A stretch of 63,884 bases of DNA, the filler included, from Reticulomyxa filosa (taxonomy: Eukaryota; Protista; Foraminifera), in NCBI GenBank assembly GCA_000512085.1. It is 24 parts of 24 records of this genome, joined end to end, with 100 filler letters (N's around TTAATTAATTAA, not from the genome) between each part and the next. Parts side by side here need not be neighbours in the genome. Positions count along the whole stretch, not along the records: positions 32,067 to 39,051 come from ASPP01023568.1; positions 39,152 to 41,090 come from ASPP01012806.1; positions 41,191 to 42,665 come from ASPP01026779.1; positions 42,766 to 43,950 come from ASPP01023748.1; positions 44,051 to 45,333 come from ASPP01028444.1; positions 45,434 to 47,807 come from ASPP01037556.1; positions 47,908 to 49,031 come from ASPP01001227.1; positions 49,132 to 50,978 come from ASPP01019492.1; 16 more parts are not named here. One strand, written 5' to 3'. How positions within the stretch are numbered: position 1 is the stretch's first letter; every line of letters starts with the position of its first letter. Positions 37,437-50,272 of the stretch are shown one piece after another. Under the pieces are notes generated by a model. It was not told the origin of the DNA. It saw only the letters and a program-made list of their open reading frames with translations, and searched no databases. Both the position numbers and the translations under genes were made by a program.

Positions 37437-38972
37437 TCAAATAAAAGTTCCAAAAATTTGTGTGATGGTTCCTTGCTGAATGGTATACTGTTGCGAGGAA
37501 TTAGTGAACACCTCGCAGGACATTCGAAACGCGACAGCACTGCAATCGCCGAGCTTCCGTTTGGCACTGATGTGAGTGGTCCCAGCGGGCAAAAAGGTTT
37601 TAAAAAAGTGTTGAAACCAGTCGCTTTGTCCGAAGGCAATGACAGTACGTTTTTGATGTTGGTGAAATGCCCAGTCCACAAACGCTTGAACGCGATCGCG
37701 ATCGTTGTCAGTGTTTATCGAGTCGGACATTGGTGTTGTTTTCCTGACATTATTATTGATGTCAATGGCCTCTAATCGTTTGGAATAAAACTCATTCAAT
37801 ACGGCCAAGTCTGATTTCTGTATATTTATGTCTTTTCGATTTTATTGTTTTACTTTATATATGTATGTATGTATGTATGTGTATGTATATACATATATGT
37901 ACATATATATATATTTATTTTTATTATTTTTTTATTTTTTAAAAAAAAACAACTCTACTTCAACTGAAGAGACATCCCCTGCAAGGACAGGTATCTGCAC
38001 ATCAGCATGCGTGCCTTGCGTGTGCAGATAAGGCAGCACGTAGATTGGCTCGTGGCTATGTTCCGCACTAAAGCGTTCCCACAAGCCGATGATGGCGGTG
38101 CTAATGGCACGTTTCAAGCGACCGCACACGACGAGAGAGGTCTTACTGTCGAGTATTTCGTCCAACAGCCATTCCATCTCCAAAGGCAAGTCCGGGTCGT
38201 CCTCCATCACCCCAAAGTTTTCATCATTCAGCACGACGTGTCTGGCGCGATTTTTATGTGTCGTCCTTTTGCAAAAAAAAAAAATAAAGTTATTTAATAT
38301 CACACAGATAGAACTTTCATTTATACGATATAATATAACAAAACAAAACAAAATAAAATAAAATGAAATAAATAAGTATTAAAAAAAATAAACTTTTTGT
38401 CTTGTTGCCTGCCAGTCGGCGCGGTTGCTTGAAAATTAGTAGTGCTTGCTTCGGCCGATATAATGGCCAACAGGTCTTGATGCTTTTTGACATTGTAGAT
38501 GCTTTGCTGCCTGCTCAACCCCAACTCCGGTGGTGGCATTTCATCGATGCTGGCTCTTTTTGTGTCGTCAATGTCGAGAGAAGCGCTCTTCTCCAGCCTA
38601 TTGGGAGGGGGCAATGTCAAGTTGTCATCGCCCAGAGATCGCGAAGAGAAAAGCAGAGACGGCGACAACAACAAATTGATCGGCGTTTGTGCTTGCGGTT
38701 GATTATGCGTGTGCGCGTGCGCATGCATGTGCGACTGATCCCGAGAAATGGAGGACGATGGAGTCCGACTCGGAGACTTTTCCTCCAAATGCATCTCACT
38801 GTCGTGAGTATGAGACGATTGCAGCAAATCCGCGTCGCCACAGCCAAATGACTCGTGGTCATGTGCTCGGCTGCTCTTGTGCAACTCCTTCTTCCACTTC
38901 TCCAATCTATGTTGTGCTGTCTTTATACTCGATTGAAACTCATTTAATTTGCGATTGAGTCTGGTGTCTTTT
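37437..38972 (-). CDS. Histidine-phosphatase/PGAM-like domain protein with degenerate motifs, 5'-partial
   Basis: LVVCGRLKRAISTA, IYVLPYLHT, DRVQAFVDWAF, TVIAFGQSDWF and KLGDCSAVAF follow the S.L.RA..T / L.E / R...F / GHS..F / N..V layout of histidine phosphatases. Preceded by a coiled-coil, Ser-rich exon. Confidence 0.5.
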
Positions 38973-40488
38973 CTAAATAAAATAAAAAAAAAAAAAATAC
39001 ATAACATTATATACATATACATATATACATATATACATATATACATATATANNNNNNNNNNNNNNNNNNNNNNNNNNNNNNNNNNNNNNNNNNNNTTAAT
39101 TAATTAANNNNNNNNNNNNNNNNNNNNNNNNNNNNNNNNNNNNNNNNNNNNATATCTAAAACATTTAAAAAAAAATAAATAAAAAAAAAAAAAAACAACA
39201 ACATAAATGTAATTGTATTGGGAAAAACAACAACAACAACAAAACAATACATTGCATTTGTGCCCTATTGGTGGTTGTGTAAACTCGAAGGCTGTGAGTT
39301 CTTGTCAAAATGCGTAATCTCGTCGTCCTCCTTCGTTTCCTGTTCTTCGTCCTTTTCGAGCATTTTGTCCTCCAACTCTTCACTTACCAGTGACCCACAG
39401 CGATGATGCTGTTCTTTCCCATTCTCCTTTGTCTTTGGTTTACTTTACAATTTTTTTTTTTTTTTTTTTTTTTGGCGTGTGTTTTTCAATTTTGCTGACG
39501 CATCATTTTTTTTTTTTTTTATTAATTAATTCAGGATAAAAACCTGTTTGCACGAATTCGATCTCCAATTTCATGGGTAAGATCCAACATTTTTTGTAAT
39601 TCGTCCTCGGCTTCCTTCAACTTCCGTTCCATCCCTGTCATTTTTGCCGTTTTCGTTAAGTTGTTTTTTTTCATGTCGCAGTTGTGCGAACTTTATGGTC
39701 ATTTCCCAAACTTACTAGTTTTGATGTCAACACCAACGGAGTTTGGATCGGTGTTCCCTTTTTCTTCTTCTGTTTCTGTGTTCTGCTCCATGGATTCTTC
39801 ATCAGACGTTGCATCATTTGATGGTTGTTCGGCACTTATTTTGTCTTGTGCTGTCTCGGTTATTGATATTGTTCAGCTGACGACATGCTCACAGCGTGTT
39901 TAGAGATCACATCCACAAAAAAAAAAAGAAATTCACTACTGCCAGTACTTGGTACAATTTTTAAGTATGGTTGTGACAATCAACCTACGAGTTTGTAATG
40001 TGTTGTCAGCTAAAGCATGGAAGTGTTTGACTACTTTTAAAAAACTATACTTTCGTTGACTTTGTAATCTGTTCATTCGTTTTTTTTTTTCATTTTGAAG
40101 CCTTTAAAAGTGAAAGTTTGCCCAATTCAACTGAAGAAACTGATACAAATTGAAAAAAACTTGTTTAAACATTATATTTAATGTTTGCAAATGGTATGAA
40201 AACACATTGAAACCACAAAAAAATTAAAAAAGAAGCAATAAACTTGAACTCGTCGAATTACTGCACGACACCAAAGAAAGTGAAATTTGTTGAAGTTTAT
40301 TATTATTGTTTTGATGGTTCTTTTTCACAAGTTTCATAAAAAAAGTTATTCATTTTTGTGATGATATTATCTTAAGAAGCCAGAGGGGGGGGGGGGGGAG
40401 GGGAGAAAAAAAAGTGATACTATCACCACCAACAATACCAATAACCAATTTACAGTAAAATATTACCGACTCTTTAAAAAAAAAAAGT

Positions 40489-41013
40489 TTAGAGTTGCCA
40501 AAAAAGAGTGGACAAGCCAACAGGCACATTCAACAGGTCAACAAAAAGGGATTGGGACAAAGTATCGACAACAACAGAGATGTTTTGTACTTGATTGCAA
40601 AAGTTTTTCACGACAATATTAAGTGCATTTTGAGAGGGATAAGTGACGGCAGTGCCATCCACACAAGTGCTGGCACCGATGGAATAGGTCCACTTGGTAC
40701 TTAACATTTGCGACAGGGAATGAGCAGGTGCCTTACCTTGCACAAACTTGCCAAAATGGAGCAGTCCATAAAACTCTTCATTCAATGTCACACTCATGTC
40801 GTCAGTGTCCAACGTGACAATGCCTCTGCAGTCGTCACAGCCGCCGTTGTGAGGATCGCCATTGGGCTCCAATAACAAATTCCAATGCAACACCATAGTG
40901 GCCCAGTTCACTGTTGAGCCAATGTACAAATTGTTCGTGTTCCATTGCAAATTGCTGGAAAATTCTGACGGACCCGATCCACTGCACTCGGTAAAGTATA
41001 TTTCTAACATCAC
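40489..41013 (-). CDS. Glycoside hydrolase family 30 C-terminal part (GH30_3-like)
   Basis: IYFTECSG (nucleophile Glu), NW...V..WNL.L..NG.P..GGC..CRGIVT, EFY.L.HF.KFV, followed by a beta-sandwich tail. Confidence 0.85.
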   Translation of the reverse strand: MMLEIYFTECSGSGPSEFSSNLQWNTNNLYIGSTVNWATMVLHWNLLLEPNGDPHNGGCDDCRGIVTLDTDDMSVTLNEEFYGLLHFGKFVQGKAPAHSLSQMLSTKWTYSIGASTCVDGTAVTYPSQNALNIVVKNFCNQVQNISVVVDTLSQSLFVDLLNVPVGLSTLFWQL

Positions 41014-41042
41014 ATATCCATGTCAAAACATCCATCATTGCA

Positions 41043-41074
<32 letters not shown>

Positions 41075-41544
41075 CCAAAAAAAAAAAAAANNNNNNNNNN
41101 NNNNNNNNNNNNNNNNNNNNNNNNNNNNNNNNNNTTAATTAATTAANNNNNNNNNNNNNNNNNNNNNNNNNNNNNNNNNNNNNNNNNNNNTTATGTGTTG
41201 GGTGTGAGTCCTGCACATTTTGAAACTGGTCAGTGCAAAGTTACAGTAGTAATTCCTCAAGGTTGATAGACCTGATCAATCTATCGCTAAGTTTCTGATT
41301 GTCACTTTTATCAACTTATTAAAGTAAATATAGATCTGTCTCACCGTACAAGATGATTTGTTATTTGTTGTCATTCCATTGTCATTGGCATTAGCATTAG
41401 TATTTTCTTCCTTGTTTTTATTGTCATCGTTTGCTAATATTGATTTTACTGGTTCGTTCACTTTTTGTTCTATTGCCGTTGTCATATCATGTACTTTTTC
41501 ATTTCGATCGGCTTTTTCTTCGTACTTGTGCTATATTTTGTAAG

Positions 41545-42480
41545 TCAACAACAGGCCATAGACAGCCTTAGATGATTCGCATCTTTCTCTTCATCCAGGC
41601 GGTCGTTCACTTTCACCTTGTTCTTTGCCTTCTTCGTTGTCTCTGCAAACTGTATTGTTCGAATAGTTTCTGTCTTTTGGAAGATTTTACATACACATGT
41701 TGCAAACAATACATATTTATACATATACATATATATTTATTTTGTTTTGTTGTAACAACTCTGTTACGAGTGTGCGAACCATTATGGTCTTGGAATTGCT
41801 AACTGATGCATCAACAATCTTTTTTTAAAAAAAATGAAAAATTTATATAATGGTGTTTATCAGATAAAAGAACTTGCTGCTTGACAGAAAGCATGATCAA
41901 CATATCGGAACGCGACAACACCGCATTCAAAGCTTACTTCGCAGTAATGCAATTGCTGGTAGCTTTTGCAACGAAACGCCAAAGTCGTGTGGGGACGAAA
42001 TGTCTACTTTGATTAAGTTTTCCATTGGGCCTTGCCTGTTTGGAAGTTTTGTCAAATTCGCAGTTTTTTGTCAAGCAGATCCATTAGATCATTTGTGTTA
42101 ATTAGCACGCACAAACGCGCAAAAGACCAACGACAAACGTTCTTACATATTATGTTAATCAATTATTAATCTTTGTAAATTTGAATAATTTTCACAGAAA
42201 CTTTTTACTCTTTAATGATAGATTAACCATTGCCATCGTTGTTGTCGTATATGCATATATAATTTTTATGCAAATATTGTTTTATGCTTTGTAAACGGTA
42301 AAAGATTTACCTGCATCACTTTGGCCATAACAAAAGATTGTAACATTTTATAGCCCCAAATTTGAGTCCAATTGGACTGCCAATTTGGTTAAACACGTCA
42401 TCTTGCGCCGCTTCGGATGGAAACATTTGGTCTAAGTGCACTTGCAATACTTTTAGGAATTTTCAATGTCAAGTGACAAC
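41545..42480 (-). pseudogene. Kinesin motor-domain relic
   Basis: LDQMFPSEAAQDDVFNQIG.P, TIFCYGQSDAGKSFT (P-loop, 42303-42326), LNAVLSRSD (switch I-like), NSKTIMV and ETIRTIQFAETTKKAKNKVKVN in the correct order. Frameshifts present; no DLAGSE found. Confidence 0.7.
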
Positions 42481-43459
42481 ATCATACTTTGTTGATCCAA
42501 AAACGCTGTCAGTATGTTCACCAAGTTCTGTATACATGTTCATTTATATATGTGTCATTGTTTGTTTTAAAGAAGCACTTTTGAAAGTCCGCAAAAAAAA
42601 AGTATTTTAATCCTTTGTACATCTTGGGCTGCGTACCGCATCTCCGAACCACTTGTGTGCCGAAANNNNNNNNNNNNNNNNNNNNNNNNNNNNNNNNNNN
42701 NNNNNNNNNTTAATTAATTAANNNNNNNNNNNNNNNNNNNNNNNNNNNNNNNNNNNNNNNNNNNNAGTCATAACTGACTCCAGAGTTGTAATAACTCAAC
42801 TCATAAAACATTCACTCTTTTTATTTTCAATTTTCTTGCATGTTTTAGTTTAGCTGAGCTATCTTTCTTGCATCTCTCTACAATGTGCTGAAAAAAAGTT
42901 AATATTTATTATTTTTTGCAAAATTTACAATATTTTGTTTAAATGTATTACATTAATAAAAATGAATCCATATAAAATAATTGTAAATACAAATATTAAT
43001 AGTGATAAAATTTGCACAAGAAAATGCAACAAAATTTATTTTTAATTTATTTCAGCTTGTTAATTAGTCATTTTCACATCTTTTTTGTTTGATTAGTGTT
43101 TCGTGACATGTTGGCCCGTTTCTATATTTCGTTTGTTACTTCTGGTCTTGTTGGACCATTTACGAAACCACTTATGAAACTTTCTGCAGGCTAACTCATT
43201 ATTAATTGCCATCTCATTACTCTTTAAACACAAATTAGAAAGTAAAAATTTACATTTATGTAAGCGTGGAGTTAGATATAAAAAACAATGCTGTTTGCTA
43301 GAATCTAGCTTTATCCGATATTTCAAATCACAGTACGCGAATCTTCTTAGATTTTTATCGCAACAATTGGTGACATCAATAGCAAAATACAAACGCAGAA
43401 AAAAAAAGCGTGTCAATTTGGCCATTTTAAGGCAAAAGCAAGTTTGAACTTTAAAACAA

Positions 43460-43950
<491 letters not shown>

Positions 43951-44103
43951 NNNNNNNNNNNNNNNNNNNNNNNNNNNNNNNNNNNNNNNNNNNNTTAATT
44001 AATTAANNNNNNNNNNNNNNNNNNNNNNNNNNNNNNNNNNNNNNNNNNNNATCAGTTATTTCATTAACCAAAAATGAGACAAAAAAACCCAGATCAGTAA
44101 ATT

Positions 44104-45100
44104 TTAAGAAAAGTATGAATGAAGTGCACCCACATCTTGAAGATCTTGCAGTTGTTCCTCAGTGAATAGTTTTTTGAAGGTGTTCCATTCATCATTGTGT
44201 GTCCTCTTGAATTCGGCAATAGTTTTCTTTGCAGTGGGGCCGATGGGATCCTTTTCACGATCCAATCGACAAAGATGTGACACGACATTAGGAATCCATT
44301 CAGGGACAGTGTATGGGAACGACTCGACAACAGCCGACAATCCCAACACCCCTGCGTGTCTATTCATTCCAAAAAATGTGTATTATTATAACACAGTATA
44401 AACAATTTTTTTTTTAAAAAAAAAAAATAAACTTTTTTCGGATTTTCAAATCAACATCGTCCCGAGAATCGTCTTTGGTGTTTGGTTTTGGCAACTTGGT
44501 ATCGGCCAACTTGATGCACTGTTGAATGAGTTTTTGAATGTGATCAGCCTCTCGCAAGTGGGACGACTGGATCAAAATGGAAAGTAGTTTTTTATATTCA
44601 TTTCGGACTTCGAGCTGTTTGTCTTGGAATCCTCGTTGGAGAATGTACTCCACAATGGCATCACTGCTCTTCGCATCCAACAAATTGCCACTGCGCGCTA
44701 CAAATATGGTCAAAAACGCGACGGCATTTTTTCGAGTGTTCCAAGCGTCCGAGTTTAAGCACGGCGGAAGTTTGGAGTCACGTTTGGTCTCGTCAAACAG
44801 CAATTCGATAATTTGGGATATTTCGTTTGTTCGAAATGGAGTCCTTTGTTATAATCAATATGTTTATTGTTAAAAGTATACTCAGGAAAAAATATATACA
44901 TATATATTTATATATACATATATATAAATATATAAATGAACAAACCAGGCGATATGTTTGACAGCAGTTTGAAGTAAAGAGACAGTGAAGCTATCTTTGC
45001 GATGTTGTGCTGGCAATAGCAAAGGAAGCAAGCGAATGAGAAGTGATGCAGAGTATGTAATATTGGAGGAGTAAATGAAATTGACACCCTCAGATTTAGA
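44104..45100 (-). CDS. PSME4: Proteasome activator PA200/Blm10 C-terminal exons
   Basis: D.QLEVR, RHAGVLGL.A.V.SFPY.VPEW.P, PI..TAKKTIAEFKRTH.DEW..FK..FTEEQL.DL and terminal SYFS*. 5' boundary approximate. Confidence 0.92.
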
Positions 45101-46377
45101 CTAAAAATGAAGAAAAATTTACATCATTTTTTTAAACTAAAAAAGAACGTCCTTAATGTTGTAAATTTTGTTTGAAGTGCTGAAAAAATTTTTTGACAAG
45201 GACGAATAAACATTGTCAATTTTTTATAATTTTTCTTGTTGTTTACTTTTTGTTTTCTCAAAGAGATTTTTTTTACTCTTTGTTCAATCTTTGTGGTTTT
45301 TTTTTGAGGAAATCATCTTTGACTTAAGGATATNNNNNNNNNNNNNNNNNNNNNNNNNNNNNNNNNNNNNNNNNNNNTTAATTAATTAANNNNNNNNNNN
45401 NNNNNNNNNNNNNNNNNNNNNNNNNNNNNNNNNAAGGTGCCGTTTTAGGTGTCAAATTTATTTTGCATTCTACTGTATATGCATAAAAAAAGAGTTTTGC
45501 AAATTGAATATTATTGCAGTCGCACAATAAGACAAAATAAAAAAACAAACAGAGTATAGCCACGACAGAATAGATGACGCATTGATTTTTAAAAAAGAGT
45601 AAAAGTAGAAGAAAACTTTGAATTAAAAAAAAGTCGATTACTTATTACTTCTAATTAAAAACAATCAAAATTGTGATCAAATGTTATACTTGATTTTTGT
45701 TAATAGGTCATGAAATTTTATTTTACGGAGCCACAATCCTCACCTTATAAAAAAATGAGGACAATAAAAACTTCAGAGATCTACATGCATATAATCCCAA
45801 TTAAATACAAAAATCAAAATATTTCTCTACAGAAAATTTTGGTTGATTTTGTTTATTGCTTTCTTAAGTAGAAATATATTATTGAAAACACGATATGTCC
45901 ACCCAATGATAGGCTTTACATCTCTGTGAAGTGATAATTGATGTTTATTTATTTTGAACTTTTACAACAAAAAAATTATGTTTCATTGATAAAAATGCAA
46001 ATGTTTTTATATTGGCTCATTTTAGGGGTTCTTTTTGGTATTGATTATACGGAATAATCTACGTATAAAAATAAAATAGGAAGATTTGTGGGTATAAACC
46101 TTTGTTTATGTTGTATTGCCCTTTAATCAAACTTGAGGACATTTTTAATGTCCTTTATTAACGTACAAAGCACAGGGGGGATCACTATATATGTTGCGTA
46201 TTTGTGAATCGATTGGTTTTGTTCATCCCATTTACATTTGAACTTGATCACAAAATAAGCCAATATTTAGAAAATCACATTTTCACAAAATGATTCATTT
46301 TTACAAAATGGTTAGCTTCATTAAAAACGGAAGCAACAAAAAAATCGGCACAAGTCTATTTATTTTTAAAATTACTA

Positions 46378-47456
46378 CTAGTAAAGGCCACTAGTAGTGG
46401 TTGTCTGTTGTGAGTATTGTTGTTGTTGATTATAATCATAGGGTTGCTGCTGGACAACGACAACGTTTTGTTGTTGTTGGACTAAGCCTTTTTTCGCGTT
46501 AATAATAGTTTGCGCATTGTTCAACAAGATGGCTTCACTTTGGACTGTATACGTCGGGTTTTGTTGTTTTAAGGCTGCATATGTTCCAACCAAGGAAGAA
46601 GCATTGTATTCCATTGCCAAACTCAAAGTTTGTCCCCTTGCTTGAGCATTCGGATCAGAAGAGGTCTGGTATTGTACGATTAGTGATCGTAATTCTTGTT
46701 CAGCAAGCTGGTTCGGGTTTATGACCGTTTGGATAATCACATTACTAGAAAATTGATCAGCACTTCCACAGCGTATTGCATGATTTGGACGATTTGCATC
46801 TAACCATTCCTTTATCTTTACCACAAAATCACTTGCACGTGCTGGCTACTATATTGCCCACTAATCGTGTTGTACCGTTCGCAAAATGCAATGTCGTATC
46901 GTAAGAGTATGATGATGATGTGTACGTACCTTTATATTCAAAAATTAAATCTTTTCATAAAAAAACTTCTCTTGAAAACATGGAAAAACTAAACTTGAAG
47001 AGGATCCATTGTTGTTGGTACGTCTGGTTCTTGACATACGAAGAGTGATAAGAATAGCAGTTAATTGTGACAACTTTCCTGGATTAATCTTTCGGAGAAA
47101 AATGTTGCACAAATATCCCTCAATTATATACACTTCATCAATGCTTGGATTAAATACAAGCCATCCTATATACGTGTATATGTATAGGTACACATATTTA
47201 TTAAAGCAATTTTTGCCAGGTCGCAAAATTGCACTAAAAAAAAAAAACATTTTTTGTTTCAAACGTAACTCCCGCCAGCTGCAATAAGGATTATTCCACC
47301 AAAAACAATCAGGATAATAGGAACAATTATAGGAGCATTTGAGGCAGTTACACCAGCCCCAATTAACACAAAAATGACGCCTATGATCGCAGCTGGTGGC
47401 CATATGAAATATTGAAAAACAATTTCGCCTGATAGGCCTTCATATGTACGACACAT
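46378..47456 (-). CDS. Hypothetical two-TM membrane protein with Gln-rich tail
   Basis: Two hydrophobic helices (IWPPAAIIGVIFVLIGAGV; IIVPIILIVFGGIILIAAGG), then spliced exons and ORF 46378-46824. Possible 1-nt frameshift near 46845. Confidence 0.5.
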
Positions 47457-47907
47457 CGCCAATAACACTTAACAGTGACAAAAATACAAACAAAAAAATG
47501 GTTCTGATCCCTGGACTTTATTTTTTAAAACTCGCAATATAATATATTATAATACAATTGTATATATATTCAAAAATAACAAATAAATAAATAATATGTA
47601 TAATATATTGAATTTATTTTAATATATTTAATACATTTAAGTTATTCTCAATATCAAAGTTTATTTTTACAAAAAGTTTTTGTATTACAATTTGGTTTTC
47701 ATTGAAGTTTTTTTTTCTTCTTCATTAAAAAAAATTGTTAAAATCATTCCAAATTTAATGAACAAAAATAACTCTCATTTGGATCGAATATATTTTAAAA
47801 TTGTAAANNNNNNNNNNNNNNNNNNNNNNNNNNNNNNNNNNNNNNNNNNNNTTAATTAATTAANNNNNNNNNNNNNNNNNNNNNNNNNNNNNNNNNNNNN
47901 NNNNNNN

Positions 47908-49031
47908 CCACGAATTGAAAGACAAAAGATTGAGAGTGACAGTTTATGTCGATTACGAAATAGAGTTCAAGCAATTGCGACAGAAATTGTTATTAGAAAA
48001 GCATCAGCACATGGTAAAAAGCGTTGATTCATTGCATGAAGGAAATACAAGGCATTTATTCACGCAATTTAAGGCATTGAACACCAATAAAATATGTATT
48101 ATTCCAGCATTGGTGAACAAGGAGACCAATTCAGTGGCGAGGTCAGACGCAGAGAAAGCGTATCTGTTGGCAAAGACATTTGCAGAGCAAAAGAGACAGT
48201 AGAAGAAGAGATTTAAAGTGGCGATATCTAAACCATTGGAATTGATGAAAGTTGTATTTGGTCATTTGATATTCATCAAAGTGATATTATAAGACATTTG
48301 TCTCCATACAAAGCTCAAGGATCAGATAACATCCATAATCAGATGCTTAAGAATGGTGGTAATGCAATGATTGATTGGAGTTTTCAAATGGGTTACATGC
48401 CAATTGAATGGAAAAAGGCAAACATTGTGCATTCCCAAGATTGACAGAGATCATAGTCAGTGCAAAAATCATCGACCGATTGCACTGTTATCAAGTGTCA
48501 GTAAATTAATGGAAAGAATCATCACAAGGAGATTAATGTGGTGGTTAAATGAGAAACAGTTAGGCAGGATTCCAATCTTGGCATAACACAGAAGAATTGT
48601 TATTGAGATTGACAATAGGAATAAAATTGGGGATAAAGCAGATCCTAAGTCGATCTGATAAAAAGCTGTCAATCCAATGCAATCTTCCATCTAATTTAAA
48701 TTCATTTTTCATTTTATATCTCAATCCATTCCTACAAACACTATCATATGCGGCAGAAATGTCCAATAATACTGAATTGCAATCGAATGATTTGTGGGTC
48801 GTTTCTGTCAATCTCAATAACAATTCTTCTGTGTTATGCCAAGATTGGAATCCTGCCTAACTGTTTCTCATTTAACCACCACATTAATCTCCTTGTGATG
48901 ATTCTTTCCATTAATTTACTGACACTTGATAACAGTGCAATCGGTCGATGATTTTTGCACTGACTATGATCTCTGTCAATCTTGGGAATGCACAATGTTT
49001 GCCTTTTTCCATTCAATTGGCATGTAACCCA
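47908..49031. mobile_element. Degenerate non-LTR (LINE) retrotransposon RT fragment with fold-back
   Basis: KAQGSDNIHNQMLKNGG, EWK.A..IPK.D......NHRPIALLSSVSKLMERII (+ strand); VLLDISAAYDSV, WIDSFLSDR and GSALSPILF (- strand). Stops and deletions. Confidence 0.9.
48389..49031. repeat. Perfect 226-bp inverted repeat (48389-48614 / 48806-49031) with 191-bp spacer
   Basis: The arms read as exact reverse complements (TGGGTTACATG...GAGATTGACA / TGTCAATCTC...CATGTAACCCA). The right arm ends at the contig end. Confidence 0.95.
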
Positions 49032-49131
49032 NNNNNNNNNNNNNNNNNNNNNNNNNNNNNNNNNNNNNNNNNNNNTTAATTAATTAANNNNNNNNNNNNN
49101 NNNNNNNNNNNNNNNNNNNNNNNNNNNNNNN

Positions 49132-50272
49132 CATTTTACAGACATTATTTACCAACAGCACAGTCCTTTTTTTTTTATAAAAAAAAAAAAGAGGGTCCCT
49201 TTTTTTTAACGTTTTAAAAAAACACACTTAACTTAACTTTTCCATTACATGTTCATGACACTTTTCCAGCAAGTGCACGATAAATACCAATCATTTACAC
49301 ACGATCACCAGGTTTACAAGTATCAACCAAATCATCATCTACTAAACATTCAACTGTTTGTGGCATCGAGCCTGCGATTGTGCGTTCTGGTATATCTTGC
49401 ACAAACACTTTTTGATTATTTCGATATGTACTTAGCTCGTATTCTGTTGTGAGCGAATTTCCGTTTGAGTCCAATAAAAAAATAAAAAAAAAGACAACAA
49501 ATACAAACTTTTTTTTTTAAAAAAATTTTCATCTCCAGCAAACTTTAAATAAACAAAAAAACATCGAAACACATTTTTGTTATAAAATAAAATAATTTCT
49601 CTAAAAACAATTTCTCTTTAGAATATATCATTCAAATAAATTAAGTAACCTTTATATGATATGCCGAACCAGTTGGAAGTCCTGTCATCGCGGTGGCATC
49701 ACGATATGATTGAGTATGGTATTGCTTCGTTATTTCGCAATAATGGACAGTCTGGACCACTTTTGGACGAACTAATGAAATTTTCGTCACTATCTCTTCT
49801 AGGCATACCATTTGCGTCAAGTTATGTGCCATTAGTTGTTGGGATGTCACTCGTTGCGTCTTCCCATGCTGGTAAACATTCCAATGGTCTTTCCAATATG
49901 ATATAATATTTTTTTAAAATTAGATATTATGTTCGATTTGATATGTGTCGAGTTATAAATTGATAGATTTGTGTCGAGTTATAACTTGATAGATTTCTAT
50001 GTGATCTAGTTTTAATAATAAACTTTGTTCTGAGATTTGAGCTGTGATAGTGGAGGGTATTTAAGTTAATGATCAGTCGAGTTTTTGATTGTTCGACCAT
50101 CTTCGTAGTTCATCCAAATACACGCTTTCACCTTGTTGTTATATTATTATTATTGTTATTGTAGTTGTTGTTGTGTTAGGCAGTTGGAACAAAAATACAG
50201 CCTAACGTCAGGCTCAAGCAAGAATGCAAATTCTTGCTTGCTCGTAATGAAGCTGCTCACTTCTTCCACCAT
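49132..50272 (-). pseudogene. MCM3: MCM3 unprocessed pseudogene (N-terminal region)
   Basis: RLIINLN.L, VCLEEIVTKISLVRPKVVQTVHYC, GNSLTTEYELSTY..Q..VQDIPE..AGSMP.TVE.LVDDDLVDTCKPGDRV*MIGIYRAL, TVLLVNNV. In-frame TAA and TGA, an internal deletion, introns retained. Confidence 0.88.

Noticed and set aside
39152-39903. Minus-strand exon-like fragments
   Set aside because: Probably coding but no recognisable domain or reliable exon chain.
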